DNA of 64,000 nucleotides from Promethearchaeota archaeon (GCA_016840085.1 JAEOTA010000018.1:1-64000), one strand, 5' to 3'; shown: positions 30,401-40,830, numbered from the stretch's first letter. Notes: a model not told the origin generated them from the letters alone. Made by a program: numbers and translations.

Positions 30401-31367
30401 TAGCAAAGATAATTACTACAGGAATAAAAACCCATTTTAAAAAGTTAATTAATCCTTGGTAAAAGGTAGGATATTCACTCCTTTTTGATTGGATGATTTG
30501 AAAGAACACTAATATAACTGTAAAAAGAATTAATCCTCCTGTAGTTAAACTAGAAAATAATTGACCATGATTATATGTTACATATAAAGAAAAAATAAGT
30601 AGCCCTGTTCCCTCAACAGCAGCATAAGAAATCAAAACATTTTCATTGAATTTATCAGAAAAAATTAATATTATGCTAATTAAAGGAATAAGTAAATAAA
30701 CAAATTGATACCCGCCCCAGCTAAGAGATAAATATCCTAAAAAAATGCCACTTAGTATTGAATAAGAGAATTTACCTGTTTTTATTGCTTTTAGCCAAAA
30801 TAAGAAACACATTAGAGTAGCAAAAACTCCAATTGTTTCATTATCAAAAAAACCTGCCATTGTACGTTGCATATATCCTGGATTAAACGCTAAGAAGAAT
30901 GCAGCAATTAACCCAGTTCCACGATCAAGGATTTCTTTTCCTAAATAATATATAGTTAAGACCGTAAGACCCCCCATAAATGCAGGAAAGAAAAAGCAAA
31001 CATCATACAATGACACGGGTATTCTAAAAAAGTCGAGAATCTTATAAATAATAACAACAGTAAAAGTAAGTCCTGGGCGTAAACTTCCCCTGTATTGACC
31101 TTCGGGATACCAGCTTTTTAAATCATGCCAATTGAAGTAATCATATATAGAGTGAGTTGATAAATATTCTGCATTATACCATTGAATCCATGGATCAAAA
31201 GCTTTAATTATATTAGGACCTCTGATAATTGGAGAGATTCTTAATAAAATGGCTAATAAGACTACTAAAAAAATTGCTATAAAAAATAAAACATTTCGAG
31301 TTTTTATAGAGATAGACGTTCTAATGCGATCAAATATATTTCTTAGTGAGGCAATGATTTTAACCAT
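27465..31367 (-). CDS. aglB: Oligosaccharyltransferase AglB/STT3 with long C-terminal beta-sandwich repeat extension
   Basis: FDPW, GFFDNE, SVAEQ, SWWDYGY, DNMTKNST, GGDEGKW.WMVRI, many TM helices. Confidence 0.93.
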   Translation of the reverse strand: MVKIIASLRNIFDRIRTSISIKTRNVLFFIAIFLVVLLAILLRISPIIRGPNIIKAFDPWIQWYNAEYLSTHSIYDYFNWHDLKSWYPEGQYRGSLRPGLTFTVVIIYKILDFFRIPVSLYDVCFFFPAFMGGLTVLTIYYLGKEILDRGTGLIAAFFLAFNPGYMQRTMAGFFDNETIGVFATLMCFLFWLKAIKTGKFSYSILSGIFLGYLSLSWGGYQFVYLLIPLISIILIFSDKFNENVLISYAAVEGTGLLIFSLYVTYNHGQLFSSLTTGGLILFTVILVFFQIIQSKRSEYPTFYQGLINFLKWVFIPVVIIFAIIIWVAPEVLPFGFGTRFQTILNPLFREQVALVASVAEQMPSSWSVFYYNTLIPLILIPLGFYFCFKRLIAADIFLIAFVILMFYFTGSMIRIILIFAPAAALMGAYGLVSILKIFGSFFGERKVGISRKRRRQLKGTIGNSEIFAIYLIIGFLGIAQIVHSTDISIRQFSYSQMVVGGAITDWQESLSWMRSNLKGTDVVVSWWDYGYWLTPVGNVTTVNDNMTKNSTRIGLTGMAMMQPNEIYSAKAFRRLKADYVLVYFGFLLTGLGGDEGKWNWMVRICNDNYAKYKNWEMEEDNWKEDAVFHENEYQNATDGRMGPLWFQSQLAKLMFYRQSTTLEEYGEKDFRRNYPQQINSRQTTDGKVWKDYIPDNGFYDFKVFVPTYISKLGLVKLYKVDYTALESKFLIKDAEVFTDGYATFEMKNTGTKDLLINKVEINGEEYDFIMSSGIGNQTVESGESEVVYVNIKSSGKTFDKDDVVHIDVTAQSEALEGKQYEFSNSTSNFFVKESEKGAIKIIKENSKAIQMNNTSTDVLLEVENVGNTIEILERFYVNNDTDTLRFPYTSIEYLSGSAILKPGEKAKIYLQNANASFYPLSTSNKIGVATTNDLYDEILFSSNKENFTLSILSEDRIISPEFSLISDSYYRKHIPISFSQTHAYTYDNGSTILEINVKNTGEIIFGIDSIYLTESLYKVNFHDYYVKSGDYNLGKGEDETIVIDATDTLAENDITLDVNDELLICVTGSFIGDTVASDIGYIHTAKNKADLKIIETVEGNTTSFIYANETGSLLIKNTGNEEVTIESIYVNNTLAENVVYLYGNDSLDIQECAMVSFDIPNLMINKSNEVNVKVETNFPSVEAVETLYGYVDSKYYNITISDSGTTAFDNGNLTILINNEGLLDVNIESVYINSSINGSYFSLNSFFETSFNITAGTSFQLTLSRTILEGILGSLSPDDKLEILVRTEEGAEYTHLETVK

Positions 31368-31569
31368 AATTATTTCATGCGGAATTTTAATAAATTAATT
31401 ATTGAAAATACCATAATTAAATTTAGATTATAAAAAATATCCTTAAGATTAAAATGTTTTTCTTTAATCTAACATTTTATAAAATCCAAAATAATTTAAG
31501 GAGATTCTATGAATATTTGACTCAATATTACTATTTGACAACACTTTTAAAGAAGATGTTATAAAATTT

Positions 31570-32415
31570 ATGGTAAGAAATAGATATCTTTTTAAAATGT
31601 ATTATGTAGGAAACGAAAAATATTTTGGATCTCAAAGACAACTTAATTTTCTAACTATTGAAGAATGTCTTCTGAATGCATTAGTAAGAATGAAGTATAT
31701 TAATGATATCGAGAATTCTGAATTTGAAACAGCAAGTAGAACTGATAGATTTGTCTCTGCTAGAAGTGCTTGTTTCTCATTTATAACTGAAAAGAAGCCA
31801 ATTTTAATGGAAATTAATTCTGCACTACCAATGGAAATGGGTCTATGGGCTTACACAAAAGTACCATCAAATTTCGTCTCAAAATACAATGCCATATTAC
31901 GCTATTATATCTATATTGTCCCTACACCACTCCCAATTCTTCAGAAAGAATATAAAATTAACATAAAGTTGATGGAAAAAGCTTGTAGACTGTTAGAAGG
32001 AAGGCATGATTTTGTTAATTTTTCAAAAAAAGATAAAGAATTACAATTAACTGTACGAGATATGGAATCAGTTAAATTAACAATAAATAATGGTTTTTTA
32101 ATTTTCCATTTTAAAAGTAGAGCATTCTTAAGGCAACAAGTTCGAAGAATGGTTAAAAAGCTTTTAGAAATAGGAGAGGGCAAGATTGAGTATGAAGATT
32201 TTCTCCAATTATTTGATTCCTCTAAGTTTATTTCATATCAACCAGCTAATCCAAATGGATTGATTTTATGGGATATAATTTTTGATGAAAAAATTAAATT
32301 TAATGAAGATCTAAAATCAAAAGAAAGAATGGACAGATTTTTCCGGAATAAAGAACTTTTATTTAATTTTAAAAATCAATTATTCAAAATCTTGCAACAT
32401 AACAATTTTAGCTAA
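31570..32415 (+). CDS. truA: tRNA pseudouridine(38-40) synthase
   Basis: Y.G..YFGSQRQ, SRTD..VSA, GRHDF.NF, AFLRQQVRRMV. Confidence 0.9.
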   Translation: MVRNRYLFKMYYVGNEKYFGSQRQLNFLTIEECLLNALVRMKYINDIENSEFETASRTDRFVSARSACFSFITEKKPILMEINSALPMEMGLWAYTKVPSNFVSKYNAILRYYIYIVPTPLPILQKEYKINIKLMEKACRLLEGRHDFVNFSKKDKELQLTVRDMESVKLTINNGFLIFHFKSRAFLRQQVRRMVKKLLEIGEGKIEYEDFLQLFDSSKFISYQPANPNGLILWDIIFDEKIKFNEDLKSKERMDRFFRNKELLFNFKNQLFKILQHNNFS

Positions 32416-33351
32416 TAATGCTTGTAGTTGTATTACCTCTGTTCCACCTTGACTTAAACGGAATTCAAATTCAGCTAAAAGTTTTGTCAACCCAATTTTT
32501 AATACTTCAGAAATCTCAAGATCATAAATTTCTCTATGAATGTTTTTTATGATATTTAGTCCTGAAAGCCCATAATCATTAATTAAATCATTTAAAAGCT
32601 TTATTGATAGTTGTAACTGGCTTTTTAAGGCAGCATCTAAAATTTCTTTTATTTTTTCTGGAGGAACTTCTCCAGCAACGCGAAAGACGAGTTCCTCATC
32701 TATTTTTTTGGAAATTGTTCCACATGATTGCAAATAATTAATTGCTCTTCTACAATCTCCCCTAGCAACTTCAACCAAAGCGTTTAAGCCACCATTGGTT
32801 GGTGATATTGATTCTATTTGAGCTATATATTTTATTCTTTTTTTTATATCTTCATTATTTAAGCTAGAGAATCTAAATACAACACATCTAGACTGAATAG
32901 GAGGAATAATCTTATTTGAATAGTTACATATCAATATCATTCGACAATTCCTTGTATATTTTTCCATAGTTCTCCTTAATGCTTGTTGCGCTGGAGCTGT
33001 CATATTATCAGCTTCATCTAAAATTAATATTTTAAATGGAATATCTATTGGTGGTCTTGCTTTTGCAAAATCTTTAATATATGTTCTAATTACGTCAATT
33101 CCTCTAGCATCACTGGCATTTAGTTCTAAATATGTTCTATTCACTGCCATTTTTCTCCCATATAATTCTCGGACCATTGCTAATGCCGATGTGGTTTTTC
33201 CTGTTCCAGCAGGACCTGCAAAAATAAGATGGGGCATAGATTTATCTTTTATAAATTGCTTTAAACGCTTGATAATACCTTCCTGATTGACAATATCATC
33301 TAAATGCCTTGGCCGATATTTTTCTACGAAAGGCCTATTCTCAACTGACAT
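32380..33351 (-). CDS. rfcS: Replication factor C small subunit
   Basis: EKYRP, GPAGTGKT, ELNASDARG, LDEAD, AQQALRRTME, IQSRC. Confidence 0.96.
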   Translation of the reverse strand: MSVENRPFVEKYRPRHLDDIVNQEGIIKRLKQFIKDKSMPHLIFAGPAGTGKTTSALAMVRELYGRKMAVNRTYLELNASDARGIDVIRTYIKDFAKARPPIDIPFKILILDEADNMTAPAQQALRRTMEKYTRNCRMILICNYSNKIIPPIQSRCVVFRFSSLNNEDIKKRIKYIAQIESISPTNGGLNALVEVARGDCRRAINYLQSCGTISKKIDEELVFRVAGEVPPEKIKEILDAALKSQLQLSIKLLNDLINDYGLSGLNIIKNIHREIYDLEISEVLKIGLTKLLAEFEFRLSQGGTEVIQLQALLAKIVMLQDFE

Positions 33352-33455
33352 TTTTATTTAAGAACGAAATTTAAATTTTTTAGTATTATATATATTAAGA
33401 ATTAAATTTTCTTAATTCTTTATTAATATTCATATCCATAAAAAAAAACTAAAAG

Positions 33456-34769
33456 ATGTTTATGACTGATTTCAAAATAACGAAAATAAAATCACGTTGG
33501 ATTTTAGATTCACGAGGGAATCCTACGGTAGAAACCGATGTATTTGCTGATAATATCTATTCAAGGGCAGCAGTTCCATCTGGTGCTTCAACTGGTGTAT
33601 TGGAAGCACTTGAACTCAGAGATGGTGGAAAAGAATTTTCAGGTAAACATGTGTTAAAAGCGATTTCAAATGTAAATGATATTATTGGAAGAAAATTAAT
33701 TGGTTTTGATGTAAGAGAACAAAATAAAATTGATGAAGAAATGATATCTCTTGATGGGACTGACAATAAAAGTAAATTAGGTGCTAATGCAGTATTATCA
33801 GTATCCTTAGCAGTCGCAAAATTAGCAGCAAAGTTATCAGAAACACCTTTGTTTGCATATCTTCATAGCTTAGCTTATAATAATACAAGACAAGATTTTT
33901 TACTACCTTTACCGTGCTGTAATATTATAAATGGAGGAGAACATGCTGGTAATAATTTAGCAATACAGGAATTCATGGTATTGCCTATAGGTGCTGCATC
34001 TTTCTCTCAAGCAATACAAAATGCTGCTGAAGTATATCATACATTAAAAAAGTTATTAGCGAAAAAGTATGGATCTTCTGCAATAAATATTGGTGATGAA
34101 GGAGGTTTTGCTCCAAACCTTTCCTTAACATCAGAAGCAGTTGATATAATAATTGAAGCAATAGAATCTGCTGGATTCTTAGTAGGTGCTGATTTTGTCT
34201 TAGGAATGGATGCTGCTGCGAGTGAATTTTATGAAGATGGAGTATATAATATAGATGGGAAGAAATTAAACGAAGAAGAGTTATTAGAATATTATCTGGA
34301 TTTAATTCATGATTATCCCTTTAAATCAATCGAAGATCCTTTTGATGAACAGGATTTTAGAAATTTCTCAAATATTACCGCAAAAGTCGATAAATCTATC
34401 CAAATTGTTGATGACGATCTTACAGTAACCAATATTAAAATTCTTGAAAGAGCTATCAAAGAAAAAGCTGGAAATGCATTATTACTTAAAGTTAATCAAA
34501 TAGGTTCATTAACTGAAGCAATTGAAGCTGCAAAATTAGCTTTTAAAAATGGCTTTAATGTTATGGTCTCACATCGCTCTGGAGAAACTGAAGATACTTT
34601 TATTGCAGATTTAGCAGTTGGTCTTTGTACGGGACAATTAAAGACAGGTGCCACAGCAAGATCTGATCGGAATTGTAAATATAACCAGCTATTAAGAATC
34701 GAAGAACTTTTAGGAGATGATGCAAAATATCCTAAGAATCTAGATTCTTGGAAACAATTTCAATACTAA
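33456..34769 (+). CDS. eno: Enolase
   Basis: [44 protein letters not shown]. Confidence 0.97.
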   Translation: MFMTDFKITKIKSRWILDSRGNPTVETDVFADNIYSRAAVPSGASTGVLEALELRDGGKEFSGKHVLKAISNVNDIIGRKLIGFDVREQNKIDEEMISLDGTDNKSKLGANAVLSVSLAVAKLAAKLSETPLFAYLHSLAYNNTRQDFLLPLPCCNIINGGEHAGNNLAIQEFMVLPIGAASFSQAIQNAAEVYHTLKKLLAKKYGSSAINIGDEGGFAPNLSLTSEAVDIIIEAIESAGFLVGADFVLGMDAAASEFYEDGVYNIDGKKLNEEELLEYYLDLIHDYPFKSIEDPFDEQDFRNFSNITAKVDKSIQIVDDDLTVTNIKILERAIKEKAGNALLLKVNQIGSLTEAIEAAKLAFKNGFNVMVSHRSGETEDTFIADLAVGLCTGQLKTGATARSDRNCKYNQLLRIEELLGDDAKYPKNLDSWKQFQY

Positions 34770-34784
34770 TTCATTAGCTCATTA

Positions 34785-35444
34785 TCATGTGTTCTCTGTT
34801 GTATTTTTGATAAATCTATATACATCTACATCAATTTTTTTTGTTTTTTTAGTATGAAAGGGAAAAGATTTCTCTAAAATCATATTATATGGAAGTATAT
34901 TATCAATTTTCCATTTAAATCTATTAACATAATTAGTAATAAAATTTTGAATCTTTTCACCAGCTAAATGAATAGAATAAACCACGTCTGAAAATGTAAA
35001 AGCCGCCTCTAAAAAAGCTCTATCAGCCGATCTAGTTTTTACACCAAAAGGTGGATTCATGATAGTGGTAATTCTTATGTTCTTAGGAAGGTTTTTATTT
35101 GAAATTTGAAAATATTTGATATCAGAACATATTGGGAAGATTAAATGATCTAAATCAAGTGATCTCACATTTCTTTTAAGAATTTTCAATGCTTCTCGGT
35201 CGATGTCAACACTTAGGATAAAAGCCGCCTCTAAAAAAGCACTAGCTAAAGATAACCTGCCAGTTCCAGCTCCTAAATCAACAACTATAGCATTGCAAAT
35301 ATCATTAAATTCAAAACCAGCAAAATAGATAATATCAACAGCACATTTCGCATCAATGCAATATTGTTCTAATTCGATATTAGGATTTTTAAACGTTTCG
35401 GTGTTTTGTATTATAGAAATCAATTTCTTTTTGCTAAAATTCAT
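34785..35444 (-). CDS. METTL5-like N6-adenine RNA methyltransferase
   Basis: F.NP.IELEQY, DLGAGTGRL, MNPPFG, AD..FL, YSIH, FH.K. Confidence 0.88.
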   Translation of the reverse strand: MNFSKKKLISIIQNTETFKNPNIELEQYCIDAKCAVDIIYFAGFEFNDICNAIVVDLGAGTGRLSLASAFLEAAFILSVDIDREALKILKRNVRSLDLDHLIFPICSDIKYFQISNKNLPKNIRITTIMNPPFGVKTRSADRAFLEAAFTFSDVVYSIHLAGEKIQNFITNYVNRFKWKIDNILPYNMILEKSFPFHTKKTKKIDVDVYRFIKNTTENT

Positions 35445-35558
35445 CCGAAAAAATGTTTTCTCTTTTAAAATTAATACATTAAATTTAATTATTTTATTTA
35501 ATAATATGTACTTAAATTAGAAAGAGATTGAGAAATTAAAAGATTATTGTTGATATTT

Positions 35559-36158
35559 ATGAGTAAGAAATCTAAAGAAAATGATGATATTATATTAACT
35601 GGTCAGTATCTTGGTGTTGTCGAAGAATATCTCCCTGATAAACAATCCACATATATCAGAGATGGGCAAATTTATGCAACTAAATCTGGTTTGATTACCC
35701 TTGATAATAAAAAAAAACAAATTGAAATTAAAACACATCAAGAAAAAGACAGAAAGATTGTTAAAATTGGAGATATTGTCATTGGTACTGTATTATTTTT
35801 ACGACAATACTCTATTGGAATAAATTTCTATACAATAAATCGAAAAATACATTTTAATTCATATTATTTTGGAAATATTCATGTATCTCAAATTGCTGAT
35901 AGATATGTAGAAAAAATCAGTGAAGCATTCCAGATAACAGATATACTCCGCGCTCGTGTAATAAAACAAAAATATAATGAGTTTGAATTAACAACAGCTG
36001 ATAAAAATCTAGGGGTTATTTATGCTGATTGTGTAATTTGTGGAACGCCTCTCGACAAAATCGGATATAATAAATTAAGATGCCAAAGATGTGGAAACCA
36101 AGAATCTAGAAAGTTATCTTCTGATTATAGGAATATTTCTGAGGTTTTAAGATTTTAA
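35559..36158 (+). CDS. csl4: Exosome RNA-binding subunit Csl4
   Basis: G..LGVVEEYLP, S1 domain (IHVSQI...DILRARV), LGVIYA.C..CG...C.RCG..E.RKLS. Confidence 0.9.
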   Translation: MSKKSKENDDIILTGQYLGVVEEYLPDKQSTYIRDGQIYATKSGLITLDNKKKQIEIKTHQEKDRKIVKIGDIVIGTVLFLRQYSIGINFYTINRKIHFNSYYFGNIHVSQIADRYVEKISEAFQITDILRARVIKQKYNEFELTTADKNLGVIYADCVICGTPLDKIGYNKLRCQRCGNQESRKLSSDYRNISEVLRF

Positions 36159-36234
36159 CAATTTTTTTCAAATAAATAAATATTTAATAAATATTAATTA
36201 CATTCAAAAAATTATTGTATAACGGGATTTAAAT

Positions 36235-36453
36235 TTGAAGAAACACGGGAAAAGAGTTATTCATTTTTATAATACTAAAGGTTCAATTGATAATGTAATT
36301 AATTTTCTCGAAAATATTCAAAAAAAGATAGATTACATTAATTTAAATGTATCTGTCGAGGGAAAAACTATAAAAGTCACTTTATTTGGTTCACGAGATC
36401 TCCAATTTCTAGCAATTGAAAGATTAAAAAATTTAGCTCAACAGTATTTATGA
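36235..36453 (+). CDS. Small hypothetical protein between csl4 and rpoL (possibly DUF2067 N-terminal-like)
   Basis: 72-aa co-oriented ORF with an alpha/beta pattern; the family suggestion is from position only. Confidence 0.55.
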   Translation: MKKHGKRVIHFYNTKGSIDNVINFLENIQKKIDYINLNVSVEGKTIKVTLFGSRDLQFLAIERLKNLAQQYL

Positions 36454-36548
36454 TAATTTATTGGCTTTAACAAAAGCATAAAAAATTTATTTTATTTTAC
36501 ATATTTTTATTTAAGATTTTCAAATTTTCATAGTTAAGAGTATTAATA

Positions 36549-37043
36549 ATGGCGAAGAAAAAAGTAGTCAAACCAGAAGAAAATGAAGAGGAGGAATTAG
36601 AAGAATTAGAGGATGATTTATTCGGGGATCATGAAATTGACATTGAATATCCTAAAGTAAAAGAAGATTTATCAAGTTCTCCATCGATTGAAGAAGATGA
36701 TACAGTATCAGAAGAAGAAGAATTTGAACTAGAAGAAGAAGCTAGGTTTCCTGAGTATAAACACTTAGATTTAAGTATAAATAAAAGTGCGGGCAAAAAT
36801 GATTATGAATTGTCAATAGAAGGCCAATCTCACGGTTTCTGTAACATCCTTGTTAATCATTTGCTAAATATAGAGGGCGTTAAAGTTGCAGCTTATAAGG
36901 TAACAAAAATAGAACCCTCAAAATTATTTATTCGTCTAGAAGACTCAAAAAAATTTAAAATTAAGGATATTTTGCTTAAAGCTATTGAATCTTTAAGGGC
37001 AGAAGTTCTAGATGTTCAAAAGCTCTTCCAAAAGCTTATTTAA
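36549..37043 (+). CDS. rpoL: RNA polymerase subunit Rpo11 (RpoL) with acidic N-terminal extension
   Basis: ELSIEGQSHGFCNILVNHLL..EGVKVAAYK; located downstream of csl4. Confidence 0.85.
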   Translation: MAKKKVVKPEENEEEELEELEDDLFGDHEIDIEYPKVKEDLSSSPSIEEDDTVSEEEEFELEEEARFPEYKHLDLSINKSAGKNDYELSIEGQSHGFCNILVNHLLNIEGVKVAAYKVTKIEPSKLFIRLEDSKKFKIKDILLKAIESLRAEVLDVQKLFQKLI

Positions 37044-37100
37044 ATCATGATTCTCATTATATATGAAAATTTATAAGAACTTAAAATTCATCTTATAATA

Positions 37101-37553
37101 ATGGATTATGAGTTTTTAATTAAGGATATAAATCTTAATAGATCTCAAAAAAAAATTGGGACGGATAAAGGTTTAGCTAAAATTGGAGATGGAATTGTAA
37201 ATCTTACATATAGTATTGCTAAATCAGTATTTTTGACTAAAAACAGCTCAAATGAAAAGATTGTAAGAACAGGTGTTAAAGTTAACAAAAAAATATTAGC
37301 AAATGCATTAAAAAATGCTAATATGAAAAATTTTGCAAAAACTAGAGCTGATGCACATGATCTCGCTGATACTACCGAAGCTTTAGTTGCTTATGTATGG
37401 CTTAGTAACCACATATCTTTATATGAACTTATTGATTTCTTATCCAGTAGTTTATCGGGAGATCTTACTCTTAGAAATGAGGAAATAGAAAGTGCTACAG
37501 AAGCTTTTACTAATCTACTTAATTATATTAAGCAATTTCTACCAGAGAGCTAA
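37101..37553 (+). CDS. Archaeal RNase III-like domain protein
   Basis: DKGLAKIGDGIVNL.YS.A, G.KV..K.LA.A, R.DAH.LAD..EALVAY.W. Confidence 0.8.
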   Translation: MDYEFLIKDINLNRSQKKIGTDKGLAKIGDGIVNLTYSIAKSVFLTKNSSNEKIVRTGVKVNKKILANALKNANMKNFAKTRADAHDLADTTEALVAYVWLSNHISLYELIDFLSSSLSGDLTLRNEEIESATEAFTNLLNYIKQFLPES

Positions 37554-37556
37554 AAT

Positions 37557-38117
37557 ATGAAAAATAACCCCATTACTATTGGATTTGATGATGCGACCTT
37601 CGAATTGCACTCAGAGAAAAAATACACTCAATTAATTGGGGTTATCTGTCAAGGAACACGTATGGTACGTGTTATACGAGAAAAAATCATGATTGACGGG
37701 TATGATGCTACTGAAAAATTAATACATCTGGTTAAACAAAATGTAAAGCATATACAATATGTTATCACCCATACCATAACTTTTGGTGGTTTTAATCTTA
37801 TTAATCTAAATGAAATTTATTCGGAGACACAAAAACCCATTATTGCTCTAACAGAAAAAGAAGTGGATTTTGATGCTGTAAAAAAAGCTCTGCAGAATAA
37901 GTTTCCAGATACTTATAAAAGTAAGTTGAATAATATTATTGATGCTGGAAATTTGTATGAAACAGAAATTGAAACAGCAGGGGGGATCTCAAAATTATAT
38001 TTTCATCGTAAAGGTATATCAATTGAGGAAGTAGAGTCTCTTTTAAAAAAAGTCTGTATTGATTCCAAACTACCAGAATCGGTGAGAATGGCCCATTTAA
38101 TAGGGAAAATATTTTAA
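37557..38117 (+). CDS. DUF99/UPF0215 family (endonuclease V-like) protein
   Basis: IGFDDA.F, IDG.DATE, ITFGGFN.I, K.PE.VRMAHLI. Confidence 0.85.
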   Translation: MKNNPITIGFDDATFELHSEKKYTQLIGVICQGTRMVRVIREKIMIDGYDATEKLIHLVKQNVKHIQYVITHTITFGGFNLINLNEIYSETQKPIIALTEKEVDFDAVKKALQNKFPDTYKSKLNNIIDAGNLYETEIETAGGISKLYFHRKGISIEEVESLLKKVCIDSKLPESVRMAHLIGKIF

Positions 38118-38133
38118 AATAATAAGATTCTTT

Positions 38134-38607
38134 TTAATCTGTATCTATTTCGTATTCTAGTATTTTTTGTATTCTGTCTCTTAAATCTAACCTTATTGCC
38201 GACATCCCATAAGTACGAATTCCTAATTCTTTTTGAACTTGTTTAGCACTTAACACATCCGGAAGATCTTGTTTATTCGCTATGGCAATAATTTTAGAGT
38301 TTAAATAATGCGAAAATTTATCACATATCTCTTTTGTCTTCTCAACATTATCTTCGGTAGAATCACATACTACAACAGCTAAACCAGCCCCTCTTAAAAA
38401 ATCTGACCACATAAACCTATATCTCTCTTGCCCCCCAAAGTCCCAAATATTAACTTTCCTCCCGTTAAGGGCCGAATCCTCAATTTCTAATCCCACTGTT
38501 GGATTTTTTTCTTTTTTTACTTCTCGACCTTGAAGCAAGGATACCAATGACGATTTGCCGACCCCAGAAACCCCTAAAAGGCAAATTTTTTGTTTTGTTG
38601 TATAAAC
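38134..38607 (-). CDS. Arf/Rab-like small GTPase; true start non-canonical (GTT at 38607 or ATT at 38586), upstream of the ORF-track TTG at 38547
   Basis: The in-frame upstream sequence encodes KQKICLLGVSGVGKSSL (P-loop), followed by PTVG, WDFGGQERYR, NKQD and SA. Confidence 0.85.
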   Translation of the reverse strand, partial: VYTTKQKICLLGVSGVGKSSLVSLLQGREVKKEKNPTVGLEIEDSALNGRKVNIWDFGGQERYRFMWSDFLRGAGLAVVVCDSTEDNVEKTKEICDKFSHYLNSKIIAIANKQDLPDVLSAKQVQKELGIRTYGMSAIRLDLRDRIQKILEYEIDTD

Positions 38608-38861
38608 TTTATGTCAACCCTTTCTAATGCTAAATTACGTTAATTAGAAAAGGCAAAAATATGTTCAAAAATTAAAATAATATTGACATGACATGGGAAT
38701 TTTATAAGTAAAATTCTAATAAATCAAATCTACTAATGGTATCGAGAAAAAATCCGCCCATATATTTCTCATATAGTCGTATAATATTTAAAAAGGAGAT
38801 CAAAAAATAAATTTTAAATATAATTGTAATCAAAAGAAAAAAATCAAAAAATAAAAACTAT

Positions 38862-40169
38862 TTAAGCCCCAGTTTCAATGTCTTTAACAATACCAACGGC
38901 CACGGTTCTTCCCATGTCCCGTACTGCAAAACGACCCATTTCTGGAATCTCTTCGTACTTTTCAAGACACATTTTCTTAATTGGTTGTAACTCAACTATT
39001 GCAGCTTCATTTCTCTTAAGAAACTTTGGATTATCTTCAATCACAGCACTAGTCTTTTGATCTAATTTTTTAGATAAAGCAGTAAATTTTGCAGCGATTT
39101 GAGCTGTGTGCGCATGAATTACAGGTGTATATCCTTGGGCTATTACTGTTGGATGCCAAATAACTATTATCTGACCTGTCCATTTTCCTTTTGGTGTAAT
39201 AACGGTTGGTGGATTTTTAGGATGCCCTAAACAATCACCACGCCCTGCATCTTGCAACGTGATACCTCTAATAGCAAAACCTATATTATCTCCCGGCACT
39301 GCTTGAGGAATCTCTTCATGATGCATTTCAATACTTCGGATTTCTCCTGTAAAACCAGTTGGCATTATGATGACTTGGTCGCCTTTCTTTAGCACTCCAG
39401 TTTCAACTCTACCAACAGGTACAACTCCAGTACCTTTTATCCTATAGGAATCTTGAATTGGTAATCTCAGTGGCTTATCAAGAGGTTTTTCAGGAACAAC
39501 GAACTTATCAATTGCATCAATTAATGTGGGACCATCATACCAAGGCGTTTTATCACTTTTCTTTGATAAGTTCTCCATTGCCATTCCACTCGTTGGCACA
39601 AAGGGCACATCTTTTAGCTTGAAACCGATATTTCTTAAGAGATCTCCAACTGACTCTTTGCATTCATTAAACCTATCCTCAGAGTAATCGTAAATATCAG
39701 CTTTATTCACAGCTACAACTATTTGTTTTACACCTAATGTTTGTGCTAAATATGCATGCTCTCGAGTTTGTCCATTGGCAGCAATTCCAACTTCCATTTC
39801 ACCTTTCTTACCAGAAACGACGAGAATAGCAGCATCAGCTTGAGACGCGCCAGTAATCATGTTCTTGACGAAGTCTGCGTGGCCTGGTGCATCAATAATG
39901 GTAAAATACCTATTTGGCGTTTCAAATTTTCTAAATGCGAGATCAATTGTAATCCCACGTTGTCTTTCTTCTTTTAATTTATCAAAGACGAAAGCATAAG
40001 ACCATGACTCTCTGTCGTATTCTTTAGCGAGTTTCTCTAACTCTCGAGCCTCTCTATCTGTTACTGCTCCTGTCTCAATGAGGAGCGCCCCCATCATGGT
40101 ACTCTTTCCGTGGTCAATGTGTCCAATAATTACCAAATTTAAATGGTCTTTTTCGGCCATTTTCATCAA
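38862..40169 (-). CDS. tuf: Translation elongation factor 1-alpha (start probably ATG at 40160)
   Basis: HLNLVIIGHIDHGKST, ERQRGITID, DAPGHADFVKNMITGASQAD, NKAD, GRFAVRDMG. Confidence 0.98.
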   Translation of the reverse strand: MMKMAEKDHLNLVIIGHIDHGKSTMMGALLIETGAVTDREARELEKLAKEYDRESWSYAFVFDKLKEERQRGITIDLAFRKFETPNRYFTIIDAPGHADFVKNMITGASQADAAILVVSGKKGEMEVGIAANGQTREHAYLAQTLGVKQIVVAVNKADIYDYSEDRFNECKESVGDLLRNIGFKLKDVPFVPTSGMAMENLSKKSDKTPWYDGPTLIDAIDKFVVPEKPLDKPLRLPIQDSYRIKGTGVVPVGRVETGVLKKGDQVIIMPTGFTGEIRSIEMHHEEIPQAVPGDNIGFAIRGITLQDAGRGDCLGHPKNPPTVITPKGKWTGQIIVIWHPTVIAQGYTPVIHAHTAQIAAKFTALSKKLDQKTSAVIEDNPKFLKRNEAAIVELQPIKKMCLEKYEEIPEMGRFAVRDMGRTVAVGIVKDIETGA

Positions 40170-40401
40170 TTTCTTTAATTTATTTTGAATAAAATTTTCT
40201 AATTTTTAATTATCAAATAAAATTATTTTTATTAGATGTTAATTTTAAATGTTGATGAGTTTATATTTTTTACTATAATTTATGGTGAATTTTTAGAGTT
40301 ATAGGTATTGACCTATATATTTAATATTATAATACTTTCTATTGGTTAAACCAAAAGAATTTTGGGTAGCTCTTTTTTCGAGTTTTTAATGTTATTACAT
40401 T

Positions 40402-40830
40402 TTAACTTTTTATATCGTACAACAGCTCTTGTTTATTTCTTCTTATTAATTGGAAGATTTGGTTAAGTTCTTCTTTAAAATTTACGTCTTTTCCTTCTGA
40501 ATCTGTAATACTAAATGGAATTTTATCTTCTAGAAATTTTTCAAACACAAGCTCAATATCATTAATATCGACGTAAGTCTCTTTAAAGAAATCTAATAAA
40601 TGATGTAAAAATAGAGCTTTAATATAATTATTATTTCTCTTACCTTTTCCATAAAAAAATTTTAATTGCTTAAAGATTAAATTATCATTATTTTCCTCGG
40701 CTTTAATATCTTTTTCTTCATTAAACATCCAATTAAATCCATAATCTACTGCTCTATTAACTAAATTAGCAATATCTTCTGAGATCCCTGCTTTTTTGGC
40801 CCATTTATTATGAATAAACCAATTTGGAAT
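40402..40830 (-). CDS. Hypothetical protein; probable ATT start at 40830 (ORF-track ATG at 40728)
   Basis: In-frame extension (M)PNWFIHNKWAKKAGISEDIANLVNRAVDYG, preceded by AAGTGA; downstream LHHLLD motif. Confidence 0.7.
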   Translation of the reverse strand: MPNWFIHNKWAKKAGISEDIANLVNRAVDYGFNWMFNEEKDIKAEENNDNLIFKQLKFFYGKGKRNNNYIKALFLHHLLDFFKETYVDINDIELVFEKFLEDKIPFSITDSEGKDVNFKEELNQIFQLIRRNKQELLYDIKS

